DNA of 64,000 nt from Heptranchias perlo. Taxonomy: Eukaryota. The stretch is from assembly GCF_035084215.1 (NCBI RefSeq), contig NC_090328.1:35154001-35218000 (forward strand), read 5' to 3'. A model generated the notes under the pieces. It ran no database searches. It worked only from the letters and a program-made list of their open reading frames with translations, and was not told the origin of the DNA. Shown one piece after another: positions 1 to 11,132 of this stretch (its first letter is position 1; each line of letters starts with the position of its first letter). Both the position numbers and the translations under genes were made by a program.

Positions 1-575
1 GGTGGTAGAGGCCAAGGGTTTGGGAGGTGCTGTCGAAGAAGCCTTGATGAGTTGCTGCAGTGCATCCTGTGGATGGTACACACTGCAGTCACAGTGCGCC
101 GGTGGTGAAGGGAGTGAATGTTTTGGGTGGAGGATGGGGTGCCAATCAAGCGGGCTGCTTTGTCCTGGATGGTGTCGAGCTTCTTGTGTTGTTGGAGCTG
201 CACTAATCCAGACAACTGGAGAGTATTCCATCACACTCCTGACTTGTGCCTTGTAGATGGTGGAAAGGCTTTGGGGAGTCGGGAGGTGAGTCACTCACTG
301 CAGAATACCCAGCCTCTGACCTGCTCTTGTAGCCACAGTATTTATATGGCTGGTCCAGTTAAGTTTCTGGTCAATGATGACCCCCAGGATGTTGATGGTG
401 GGGGATTCGGCGATGGTAATGCTGTTGAATGTCAAGGGGATGTGGTTAGACTCTCTCTTGTTGGAGATGGTCATTGCCAGGCACTTGTCTGGTGTGAATG
501 TTACTTGCCACTTATGAAGCCAAGCCTGGATGTTGTCCAGGTCTTGCTGCATGCGGGCACAGACTGCTTCGTTAT
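1..575 (-). mobile_element. Non-LTR retrotransposon fragment (L2/CR1-group LINE, C-terminal RT region)
   Basis: ORF 295..552(-) QQDLDNIQAWLHKWQVTF...ILGVIIDQKLNWTSHI is a typical post-RT LINE segment; same family recurs at 7458, 19620 and 34380. Confidence 0.85.
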
Positions 576-797
576 ATTAACTCCTTACACATCAATTCAC
601 ACTCACCAATACTCAATACAACTTCAGTACGTTAATTTATGTAGTGATAATCTCATGTCCGGAATTTGAGACTCACATTTTTATAAGTACCAGAATTTTA
701 CTGTGGCCACAATAAAAGTCTGATTTCCACAATGTGATCCTTCAATAATTCCAATTTTAATTTAGCAATATCAAAATTAAATACACAACAAAACAGT

Positions 798-944
798 CAT
801 TTGGACAGTTACATGGGTAAGATGGGTATAGAGGGATATGGGCCAAGTGCAGGCAACTGGGACTAGCTTAGTGGTATAAACTGGGCGACATGGACATGTT
901 GGGCCGAAGGGCCTGTTTCCATGTTGTAAACTTCTATGATTCTA
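798..944 (+). mobile_element. CR1 LINE 3' end fragment
   Basis: gagggatatgggcca...gggccgaagggcctgtttcc followed by the CR1 tail ttctatgattcta. Confidence 0.8.
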
Positions 945-1591
945 ATAGAACAGATTATCAATATAGCACGTGTTTACTAAAACCCAGTAAATTACATTGT
1001 CTTTCGTTTTGTTCTTCTTGAGGCACGCCTTTCCAAAAACTGTGTAAATACTAGAAACAACTGCTTTTACAGCTAAACAAAATCTTTGTAACATTACACA
1101 AAAGAGGAAAACACATAACGAGCATTAAAAAAGGGGCCGTAGTCCGCACCAGTGAAAAGAAAGCACTCAAAATGAGGACAGGCTGAAAATAAAAGAACAC
1201 ATTCTGTAGCTTGTGACCCTCTCCCTTTCTCCTTCTTGATTACCACCCTTTTATTCCAGAGTCTCAAGCTCACAATCTGTGTCCTCACCTAAGCCTACTG
1301 TGGTGAAGGTCCCTCCATCTTTCTTTTTGCTCCTCTTTAATTTCCGTCTCCCTCACCAGTTTACAGAAGTTCCTTTTTTAGCTCCTCGTCATCCTGCACA
1401 ATTCCTTCCTATTCTCTCAAGGGCATGCATGACCCTAACCTTGACTTCTCCTGTTGGACATAAACCATCCGGTGCACTTGCCATGGTTTATTCTCCCATG
1501 GGCCCGAGGTGTGGCTACCTCACTCGGTCAGAAACACATCCTCCCTGTCTTGTCGGAATATAGCTAGCTATCTCAAACCTTTAAAACTCGG

Positions 1592-1609
1592 GCCCACCCC
1601 GGGACGCCA
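1592..1609 (-). promoter_or_regulatory. Primer-binding site complementary to the tRNA-Asn 3' end
   Basis: Minus strand TGGCGTCCCGGGGTGGGC, 17/18 match to the recalled Asn PBS TGGCGTCCCTGGGTGGGC; lies 3 nt after a ...AACA LTR end. Confidence 0.75.
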
Positions 1610-1612
1610 TTA

Positions 1613-2249
1613 TGTTAGCTGATTTCTCCCTTTACTGTTGCAACTATGAGTTGTTAATCCATCAACAATAACCTTGTTTGATTCTAGCCGGAGTGGTTAT
1701 AAAATAGCAAGTTTAATAGATTGCCTTACACAGCATTGTACTATAGCTGACTTCAACATTACATTCAATAGTATTATGGTTATAATACAATTGTCTACAG
1801 ATTACATTAATGACAAGCAATCAATACAACCTGACCTGTCTGTTCTCGAAGGTAGATCAGGCCTGAACTCTGTGGACTGCCTGTGGCAATGGACTTCTGA
1901 CCGTTCCCTCTTAAGAGCTCTAACTTTTGTGAGGGAGCATGCCCTATCTTTATACTATTCGGCTGTGTTGTTCTGAATGTAAGCATCACTGGTCTTATCT
2001 CGTGTTCCTACTTTGCTGACTCTCAGAAACCACCGAAGATTGTTCAATGTCACGGTGTTTACGTAGCCTTTTATCGTTATGTTTATGCTGGGTTAGGACA
2101 AACTGTCTCTTGAATCTTACTGTTTCTTATTATTCAGTGCCTCAGCGCTCTTTCAATGACCTCTTGGGTTTCTGTATGTTATTGTCCTCACAGAGATGCA
2201 GACCTTTGCCCTCCTATTTTCTATGCTTGTTTTAAACCACCTTCTTACA
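1613..2249 (-). mobile_element. Putative 5' LTR of an ERV or LTR retrotransposon remnant
   Basis: TG...CA ends (minus TGTAAG...CTAACA), minus-strand TATAAA at 1949-1954, ATTAAA at 1712-1717 and AGTAAA at 1631-1636, adjacent PBS; the 2249 boundary is inferred. Confidence 0.55.
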
Positions 2250-2367
2250 CTTGAGATTAAATATTGTTTAAACCTATGAGAGTATGATTAAGAACTGCCA
2301 CCATTTTGACGCCACTGCTGCCTCTTTCTTACTATCCTATTAATCCTCAACTGTTGTAGATACTGCT

Positions 2368-2599
2368 GATTTTTATACAATTGTAAACAATTTTACAACA
2401 CCAAGTTATAGTCCAGCAATTTTATTTTAAATTCACAAGCTTTCGGAGGCTTCCTCCTTCCTCAGGTAAAAGGAGGAAGCCTCCGAAAGCTTGTGAATTT
2501 AAAATAAAATTGCTGGACTATAACTTGGTGTTGTAAAATTGTTTACAATTGTCAACCCCAGTCCATCACCGGCATCTCCACATCACGATTTTTATACAA
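2368..2599. mobile_element. Penelope-like element terminal foldback (inverted pLTR ends) with 13-bp TSD
   Basis: Perfect 83-bp inverted repeat 2377-2459/2470-2552; 34-nt tail homologous to the PLE end at ~62218; flanking direct repeat GATTTTTATACAA at 2368-2380 and 2587-2599. Confidence 0.85.
2432..2470 (-). ncRNA. Minimal type I hammerhead ribozyme motif (PLE-associated)
   Basis: tttac-CTGAGGA-a-ggag-gaagc-ctcc-GAAA-gc-TT-gtgaa: intact core, stem II, stem I, palindromic AAGCTT in place of stem III. Confidence 0.7.
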
Positions 2600-5500
2600 C
2601 TTCACTTTTATGCATTTTGATGGTGATGAATGAAGGTTGATGTTTCATAGGTGTGGTTTTACATCTATTTAAGATTTAAGGATGTATTACATATAAAAAA
2701 TATATATGAACACCATTGTGTAAAGTTGTGAAAATATCTCTTCGATATAGATTAATGTCTTTTCAACAGATCCCATAGTTTTTAAAGTTCAGGAAAGGAA
2801 GAATGGATTGTTGACTCTAACCAGATGGCCACAGGCTGAAGTTGGTTGAGTTATTTAGGATGCTACTATTATATTTTGCAGAAGAAATGATTAGCTTCTT
2901 ATCCTGCTTGAATGATCCCTTCTTCTGGCAGATCATAGAGCAGGATTCATAAGCACTAAACAAGTCTACGACACCCACAACAAATAATCATTATTTAGAC
3001 AATCGTGTAAACTGTAGAGCGCACTTTATCAACCAGTTCAGCATGAAGTCTGCTTGGAGGGTCTGAATTTGCAGCTTGGAAAATGGTGGGAAGTGATGCC
3101 AAAGATGGTATCGGCCTGGAAAGTTAGCCAAGCTACAGGGAATAATGGTAAACCAGGACAGGAGTGGGCTGGAATTGGTGGTCAATATTTTACCCTGTGA
3201 GTTGAATGTAACTGTTGGGTTCCCACGTCACAATAAAGCCTGGTCCATATCTGTGATTATGCATTTCTAAAATTATTATTTGTTGTATATAGCACAGCCA
3301 ATACCGTATCCATACTTACTTTGGAACCTGTGTATATTTGAGCTTAGCACATAAAAGAAAAATGCATTAACATTGTAATTGTAGTAAGTATTTAAAAATG
3401 TATACTTCCCAAAGAATCCTGATTACTCTAAAATAATAAGCTGTTTACACTGGCCATCTGAGTTTAGAGCAGACCAGACCGTCTAAAGCTGTGCACAGGA
3501 TGAGTTCTGCCCCCCTGCATCAATTGCAGCATGAAGCAAACTAATTTCTGGAGTGGGTTTCACACTGTTATTTGTTTGGGAGGCAGTTCATTGCAAACAG
3601 TTGATAACTTCTGTGCTACATCTGTCCTTTGTCCAAATTGAACAGAAGAAAAGGTATATACGTAGAAACTGGCAACACATGCAGCTTTGCTGGAGGCTTA
3701 TGAAGGAGGAGGGTAGATGATAGTGGGGAGGAATTGAAAAAACAAGTTAAGATAAGAATAGGCAATGAGCAAAATTTCACATCCTTACAATAAAACCGTA
3801 AGTTCATGCTGTTTGCTTTTCTGCTCTCTTGTGCTGTGATCAAAGCCTGTTTCCATAAAGTCTATATTTTTCAGACTTGTGCTAGAAATTTGCAGAAGCT
3901 TTAAGAATGCATTCATTAACCAGCTCTGTGGGGTCGCTTGGAGGGGTGAGGAAGGGATGGGATGCAGAGATCACAAATGGTGTATAAGCAAATTATTGCT
4001 GCATTTTTGTATCAGTATGTTGAATTCAGAGGGAAAACAAAAAAAGTGCGTGTTTATGTAAAAGGAACAGTTTTGAGTTGTAAAAGAAAATTAATACCAC
4101 ATGAAAACATGTTCCAGGATTTAGTAATCCTGCATTTTACAGGAGAAGGAAAGCTTGGAGGAGTATTTTCATTGCCAAGCACCCTCCATCAATTGTTTGA
4201 TCTATTTTAAAATGTTACGATACTGAAATGGGTCGTTCCATCTATCAAGTCTGTGCCAGTATTTTTTCTCCACCTAGTCTACTCCCACTTTTCTGCTTCC
4301 TCCTCATTTCTTTTTAATATTACTCATTTTCAAGCAACTATCTAATTCTGTAGTCTCATGGGAGATATCTTTCATTCACTTTCCTCTTGTTTTTGCATGG
4401 CCCAGATGTGTCAGAGTGCTGTATATGCTTACCTTTTAGCCTGGCCTGAATCATTCTGAAAAAGGCATTTTTACATCAACATCCAGGGAATGTTTCTCTG
4501 AATCACATCATTGAATTCTGAAGTACAGAGATTTTTTTCCTGGAAACTTCATAATTCTTACTTTCAACTGAGTTTAAATTCACAACTAATCTACATACAC
4601 CGATGGAAATAAAATCCTTTTATAGACTTCTAAGAAATATCACCTGTGCTGTGTTTCATAAAATAGTATCTTACTTTCCACATAGTATGACTTGGGGGTG
4701 TATACCAGTGTCCTATAGTGACGTTACTGCTTTTTTTCTCTCTATACATTTGACCACAGAATGGCCTGGAAAATTTGTGCTGTGGTACCAACAGACCAGA
4801 CCACACTGAGCTCTTTCCGTCGGTCTGATGCATCCTGAAAAGCCTGGTTTAGCAGGCGATGGTTAACATTGCACACAAGGGGCAGAGTTCCAAGTGCTGA
4901 CGCTGTGGCCACGAGGTGGCTTTTCCCCACATGTTTTTCAAAAAGTATTTCGAATAATTTTTACCTGAACATTTTTGAACCACTATTTCTAATCTTCAAA
5001 ATGAGGATTTAAACAAAGTAAATATTTTACAATAACATGATTAAATTAGTCCATTGAATTATTTATGTGTCTTTTAATGCCATCATTAAAGTTTTTACCT
5101 CAGCCTGGGCTTGGACTTGATTTGATTTTTTTTTGTCCAGAGCTGTGTTGCTGTTGACTGAATTTGCATTTTGCAGTCTGAACATGTGCAGTGTACTGCA
5201 CATCCTGTTTCTCAGGATGCATTAGGACTGTTCTGTCAGCTATACTGATAGATTATTTATCTTTAACTTCTAGCAATTTCTGCTCAGTTTTTCAAAATTA
5301 TTTTAGGAAAAGCTACAGCACAGTTCACAAACTTTATTCAGGTAAACTTTAACAGAGGTGGGTGTGTCTTTATGTATGAGGAAAGAAATGTGAGCGTACT
5401 AATTACAAACCTTTTGTAGCTTTTGTTTTGTGCTCTATAAATTTCAGAAAGCCCACATTAGGGCTGACTTGCTCCGCGTTTTCTGTCACCCTCATGGAAA

Positions 5501-7457
5501 ATCTCAGAAGTTTCTCCCTGCCTGATATTCTGCCTTGTCTGCTGGAGCTATGTCTATAAAACTGGTGTAACTCCAGCAGAAAATCTGGGTTTTGCTGTCT
5601 TCATTAATAATCTAGTGTCGGTCAATGATACTTCACCATGATCTGCTGAATATGGAAATACTATTTAATTCCATAGCTTTGGGACTATGTGAATTTTACA
5701 GGTCAGGTATTTCATGGTCAACAATGTGGCGGTGTATCATTTCTGCAAACGAGGCCTACTGGATAAATTCAAAAATGGATGTTTTTACATGACGCTACTG
5801 CCCATTATCGTTCCAGCATTTGTAGTAAGTTTTCAGTTGGGAAATAGTTATTTTATTTTCTGTAAACCCAAGGAAATCTTTTTGAAAGTGTTTTGTGATG
5901 TGACTTTGTCAATGTAACGTCCTGCCAGCTGTAATAATTTCACTGATAATCTCTGTATTTATGGTTTAAAAAGAAATAGGAAAGGAGTCAGTTATTATTC
6001 CTTGCTCCCACCCAAAAACTGTTCACTCTGTTAACTTACTTTCGACAGTTAATTTCAACAGAGTGGATAGGACTGCAAGAACAACATTAAATGTTCAGAC
6101 ACATTGTACCCTGTTAGTCAACTGAAGACACAAGAAGTTGTACTTCACGCCTTTGACCTTTTCTTATTTATCACCTCTAATTAGCCCGGAGCTGCCTTTG
6201 TAATGTGTTTTATATGTCATTCAAATACTTGGGACTAGAATAACTCTGTGGTACAAGTATACAGCAAAGTAGTTTATAGCATTTGTGTCTAGCTAAAGGG
6301 CAATTTAAGAATTGATTGACAAGTCAGGCTGTAATTAAAGTTATGCATGTTTTCTACCCTCTTGTTACTTTACTGCAAGTCAGGGTTTTCATTTCTGCCC
6401 CAATGTGAGGGTGGGGTGAAGCCACAGGAACTACTTTTCTGAAATATTTAAATATGCTATTTTTTTTAAAAAGGTTTTCATTTTAAAGAGGGCCATTGCA
6501 TAAAATAATACTTCAGTACTAATGATGATTCCTCACATCTGCTGCATTGTTGTTGCTTATCTTTTTTTGAAAGCTTGTCTGTTTTCCTGGCAATGTCCAA
6601 TTTCAGTTATTTGTACGTGCTGCAGTTCTGGAGATTTCATTTCATTGGTGCTTATAGACAGTTAATTAGCTAGATTCTAACGGTACCATGGCAACATTTG
6701 AGTTCGATTTTTAATGAGTGTGTTGGGTGTATTTAGCTGATTAAAAGTTGGCTTTTAATATCGAAATAGATCCAATTCCAGGTGCTGAGCATCTGGCTTA
6801 CAATTAACTCTTAAATGATATCTTTGAAAAGGTAGAGAAAAGTTTCTAAATGTGACAAGGATTTTTGAACTGTTTGTTTTATAGCTGGTGCCTCATTCAC
6901 TTTCCAGTGTCAGTGGCAATAAGGAGAATCTTGCTAAATTCTAGCCATCAATGGGGCTAATAGTGAATGGTCTGCTATTGGTGGTGCTGCATTTACGCAT
7001 GTTTTATGCAGGTTTTAACGTTTTGACACAGGCAAATGAGCTCTGCAGGAAATTTTTTGTAAGTTCCCTTTGGCAAGATCGGTGCAGAAACCAGCATAAA
7101 TGTCGGCATAATTGCTGCTCAAGTGTGATCCAGGAAATTCAGATCTTGCAAATAGACAGTGCTTTAGGAGGCTCCTGATCCCCTATTTATGAAGTTTTTT
7201 TGTGGCAAGGGCATATACCTGGAATTGAGTTTCACTGAGACCATGGACAGATGCTCTGTCATCTCATAATTCACCTTAATGAGTGGAAGATACACCTGCA
7301 GGTAGTTTTTCAGATGATGGGATGTGTGTGTCTCCAGATAATCAGCTCCTGTATTTTTGCTTGGGTAGAGGCCGTTAGGATGATATCTAAATGCTTTCAA
7401 CTTTTTCCAGACACAATAGTTTCAGGATGCGTTTCCTCGTTCTTCCCCTGACCGTTA

Positions 7458-8477
7458 TTTTTAAATTATTCTCGGGATGTGGGTATTGCTGGCAAAGCCG
7501 GCATTTATTGCCCACTCCTAGTTACTTTTGAGAAGGTGGTAGTGAGCCTTCCTGAACCGCTGCAGTCCGTGTGTTGAAGGCGTTCCCAAAATGTTGGTAG
7601 TTTGAGAATTTTGACCCATGAGCGATGAAGGAACGGCAATATATGTCCAAGTCAGGATGGTGTGTGACTTGGAGGGAAAGTTGGAGGTGATGGTGTTCCT
7701 GTGCACCTGTTGCCCGCTTCTTCTAGGTGGTGGAGGTTGTGGGTTTGGGAGGTGCTGCCAAAGAAGCCTGGGTGACTTGCTACAGTGCATCCTGTAGATA
7801 GTACACACTGCAGCCACGGTATGTCATTGGTAGAGGGAGTGAATGTTTAAGCTAGTGGATGGGGTGGCGATCAAGCAGATTGCTTTATCCTGGATGGTGT
7901 CAAGCTTCTTCAGTGTTGTAGCAGATGCACCCATTCAGGTAAGTGGAGAGTGTTCCATCATACTCCTGTGCCTTGTAGGTAGTAGAGAGGCTTTGGGGAG
8001 TCAGGAGGTGAGCAACTTGCCACCGAATACCCAGCCTCTAACCTGCTCTAGTAGCTATATGACATTGATGTGATTTGATCCAGTTGAGTTTCTAGTCAGT
8101 AGTGACCCCAGGATGTTGATGGTGGGGGATTCAGTGATGGTAATGCCATTGAATGTCAAAGGGAGGTGGTTATGCTCTTGTTGGAGATGGCCATTGCCTG
8201 GCACTTGTGTGGTGTGAATGTTACTTGCCACTTATCAGCCCAAGCCTGGATGTTGTCCAGGTCTTGTTGCATGCAGGAATGGACTGCTTCATTATCTGAG
8301 GAATTGTGAATGGAACTGAACACCGTGTAATCATCAGTGAACCAACCTATTTCTGATCTTGTGATGAAGGGAAGTTCATTGATGAAGCAGCTGAAGATAT
8401 TTGGGCCTAGGATGCTGCCCTGAGGAACTCCTGCAATGATGTCCTGGGGCTGAGATAATTAGCCTCCAACTACCATC
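7458..8477 (-). mobile_element. L2/CR1-group LINE, 3' ~1 kb, decayed
   Basis: Homologous to 1-575; carries the family 3' end (plus strand gggatgtggg...gcatttattgccc). Confidence 0.85.
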
Positions 8478-8694
8478 CTATGATTTCAATAGTTAAAAAA
8501 ATAAGTCACAGCAAAAGCTATGCTGGCAGTTCCTTATTGGCCCTCCAGACCCTGCAGGAGGGAATTTCCTTTTACATTTGAGGCAAATGTTGCAACAGAA
8601 ACCGGAGACGATCCGGGTCAACAGCCTCGTATGGAATGGTGCTAATTGTTCTATCATGACAAGCTGTGATACTGAATTCAACAATAAATTGTAA

Positions 8695-9100
8695 GTGACA
8701 GCCTTGGCTCAGTCAGTAGCATTGTCAACTCTGAGTCAGAAGTTTGTGGGTTCAAGTGCCACTTCAGGACTTGAGCACATAAACTAGGCTGACACTTCAG
8801 CGCAGTGCTGAGCCGAAGGAATGTTGCACTGTCAGAGATGCTGTCTTCCGAGACGGGATGTTAAACTAATGCCCCGTCCACCTCAGGTGAAGGTAAAATA
8901 TATCATGACACTGTTTGAAAAGCAGGGGAGTACTCCTGATGTTCTGGCCAACAATTACCCCTTAACCAGAACCACAAACATTTATCTTTTTGTGGGACTT
9001 TGCTGTGTACAAATTGGCTGCCGTATTTCCCTACAGTAGAACAGTGACTACACTTCATAACTACTTCATTGGCTGTGAATTGCTTTGGGACATTCTTAGA
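8695..9100 (+). mobile_element. tRNA-derived Deu-domain SINE (SacSINE1/AmnSINE1-like)
   Basis: A box tggctcagtcagt, B box ggttcaagtgcc, central ggctgacacttcag...gcactgtcagag, 3' aacagtgactacacttc...cattggctgt. Confidence 0.8.
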
Positions 9101-9164
9101 ATTATATCAATTTCAAAAACTTTCAATGGATCTGGTAATTTGTGGGCTAGCATCAGAAAATAAC

Positions 9165-9320
9165 TGATTGCTGCCAGATTGGTGCAAAAACCCAACTGGG
9201 AATCTGCCATCCCTACCTGGCCAGGTCTACATATGACTCCAGTCCCACACTATGTGGTTGACTATTAATGCTCTCAAGGCAAATAAGGATGGGTAATAAA
9301 TACTGCCTTGCAAGTATGGC
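9165..9320 (+). mobile_element. Decayed SINE fragment ending in the LINE-type tail
   Basis: atctgccatccctacctgg...tgactccagtcccac...ggatgggtaataaatactgccttgc; tail resembles the 3' end of the 7458 LINE family. Confidence 0.5.
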
Positions 9321-10889
9321 AACTAATTTTTAAAAATGCACGTGATATCCTCTATTTTCTGGAGAATGTCTAGCATCTGTTTGACATCTTGTTACATTCA
9401 TCTTTAGATTATTAGGATATCATCTCTTAGTGTCCCTCTTTATGCAAGCTATTTGGAAATTGTACTCTTACATCCTCATTTGTTTTCAGTCACACAAATG
9501 CATGCAGAACCCTAAGTTATGTCTCTCGCACAGAACTATTTTTAAGCAGTTGACAGTTATCCATTTCCTAAGGTGAAAGGATGCTAGGCAAAGTGAAGAC
9601 TAAGCAGCAGATCAAGTGAATGAGCACATCCTACACGACTGCCATTTTGCAAGGAAGAAGGTCGAGGGCTTAGTTATTTATGGTGGAGAAATACGGAGGG
9701 GACTATTGGGTTCCGATTGATTGCTGCGCTGCAGCCTTGCATATGCTATCTTCATACTTTTACTACCTGTCTAGAATTAACAATGCCTTTGGCAGATTGG
9801 TCCTGATGGTTTGTGTTATGGTTCATTTACAGGGGCTTCCCCTTCTAAATTTGTACTACTTGCTCTGCTCCTATGGCATGATAAGAATGCAGAATCAATA
9901 AGAAAGATAGATTGCTTGGTAGAGTCTTTTCATTCTTTGTTAATCATAGATATCTTCACACACCACAATCCCATCCATCCCTGCAGGTCCTAAAGCGATA
10001 TAGTTCAGGGGCAGTTATTGTTAAGTGGTTAGCTAGTTTCAGTTTACATCAGACCAAACAATGCTAGTGCAATGGCTAAAGATGATGCAGGAGTAGGAGA
10101 TCACATATGGCACAGTCTATCTACAGCACCATGAGAATATTTGCATTTGTGTGCTCAGTGTGTGATTTCACCAGACCTCTTGAGCTAAACTATATTTCTA
10201 CAGTGTATGGAGGATGCATATCTTTCATAGAATGAGAAGCATCCTAAAAGGTAGGTAATCTATCTTTTTATATTTTGGCAATCATAATCTAGGAATAAAT
10301 TGTTTATTTATTTAATTTATTTTGAATAATAAAAGAAATGTCATTTTTATATGACGAGGGTTGGAGTACCATCTGAAAACAATAAAAATGCAGTTCCCTT
10401 TTGAGAACATCTCCTATTTGATGTTTGAAGCATTTAAAAAATACTCCATTGAGCTTACTTCTTAAAGTCTACAGGCATATTGAATCAAGGAATGAAATGA
10501 CTACCAATGTTTCCTTCGCTCTTACTTTCTCTCGCTTTGTCTTTCTTTTTCTTTATCTTCTGCCTTTGTCTGCCTGTCCCACGCATGTGGGCGTTGCACA
10601 CGTTCTCGAAATTTACTGTATTTTTTTGCCTTGTGGAAACCAACCATTTCCGTTCTCTGCTCTTTTCCTGAGATACACCTATGTTGTAGGTTACGGGGGG
10701 GCCTACATGCATTCTGGCGCAAGAGCTTCAGACTGATCTTGGGGTGGGGTGGTGGTGGTGGGGTAAAACATTTTCTGCAATAAAATCAATGGAACTCCTT
10801 CAGGGCACATGTGGGCCTCCTCTGTAGCACATGCCCATGAGTGGAGTGACAACCCAAAATGGCAGGGCAGAGGCAATAGGTAAGACATA

Positions 10890-11132
10890 GGGGGTGATTT
10901 TAAACCCCAAGAACTAGTGGGTTGGGGGCCGGTGGGAGTTGAAAATAGTTGTTTTTTGGGTCGCGACCGCAACCCGGCTTTATTTCCGGGTTTAACATTG
11001 GCGCGGAAAAATACAGGCTTTGCATTGGGAATGCAAAGTCGGAAAATTTTGTGGTTGTGATCCAAAAAAACAACAATTTTCAAATCCCATCTGCCCCCAA
11101 CCCGCCCATTCTTCGTGTTTAAAATTACCCCC
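10890..11132. mobile_element. Harbinger/PIF-type MITE
   Basis: Long TIRs starting GGGGGTGATTTTAAAC, 3-bp TSD ATA on both sides, second copy at 18573. Confidence 0.85.

Noticed and set aside
2377-2552. miRNA precursor, terminator or CRISPR-like repeat
   Set aside because: Arms are homologous to the PLE terminus at ~62218 and flanked by a TSD; no repeat-spacer array exists in this eukaryotic window
8695-8770. tRNA gene
   Set aside because: A and B boxes continue into a SINE body with other copies in the window; no full cloverleaf
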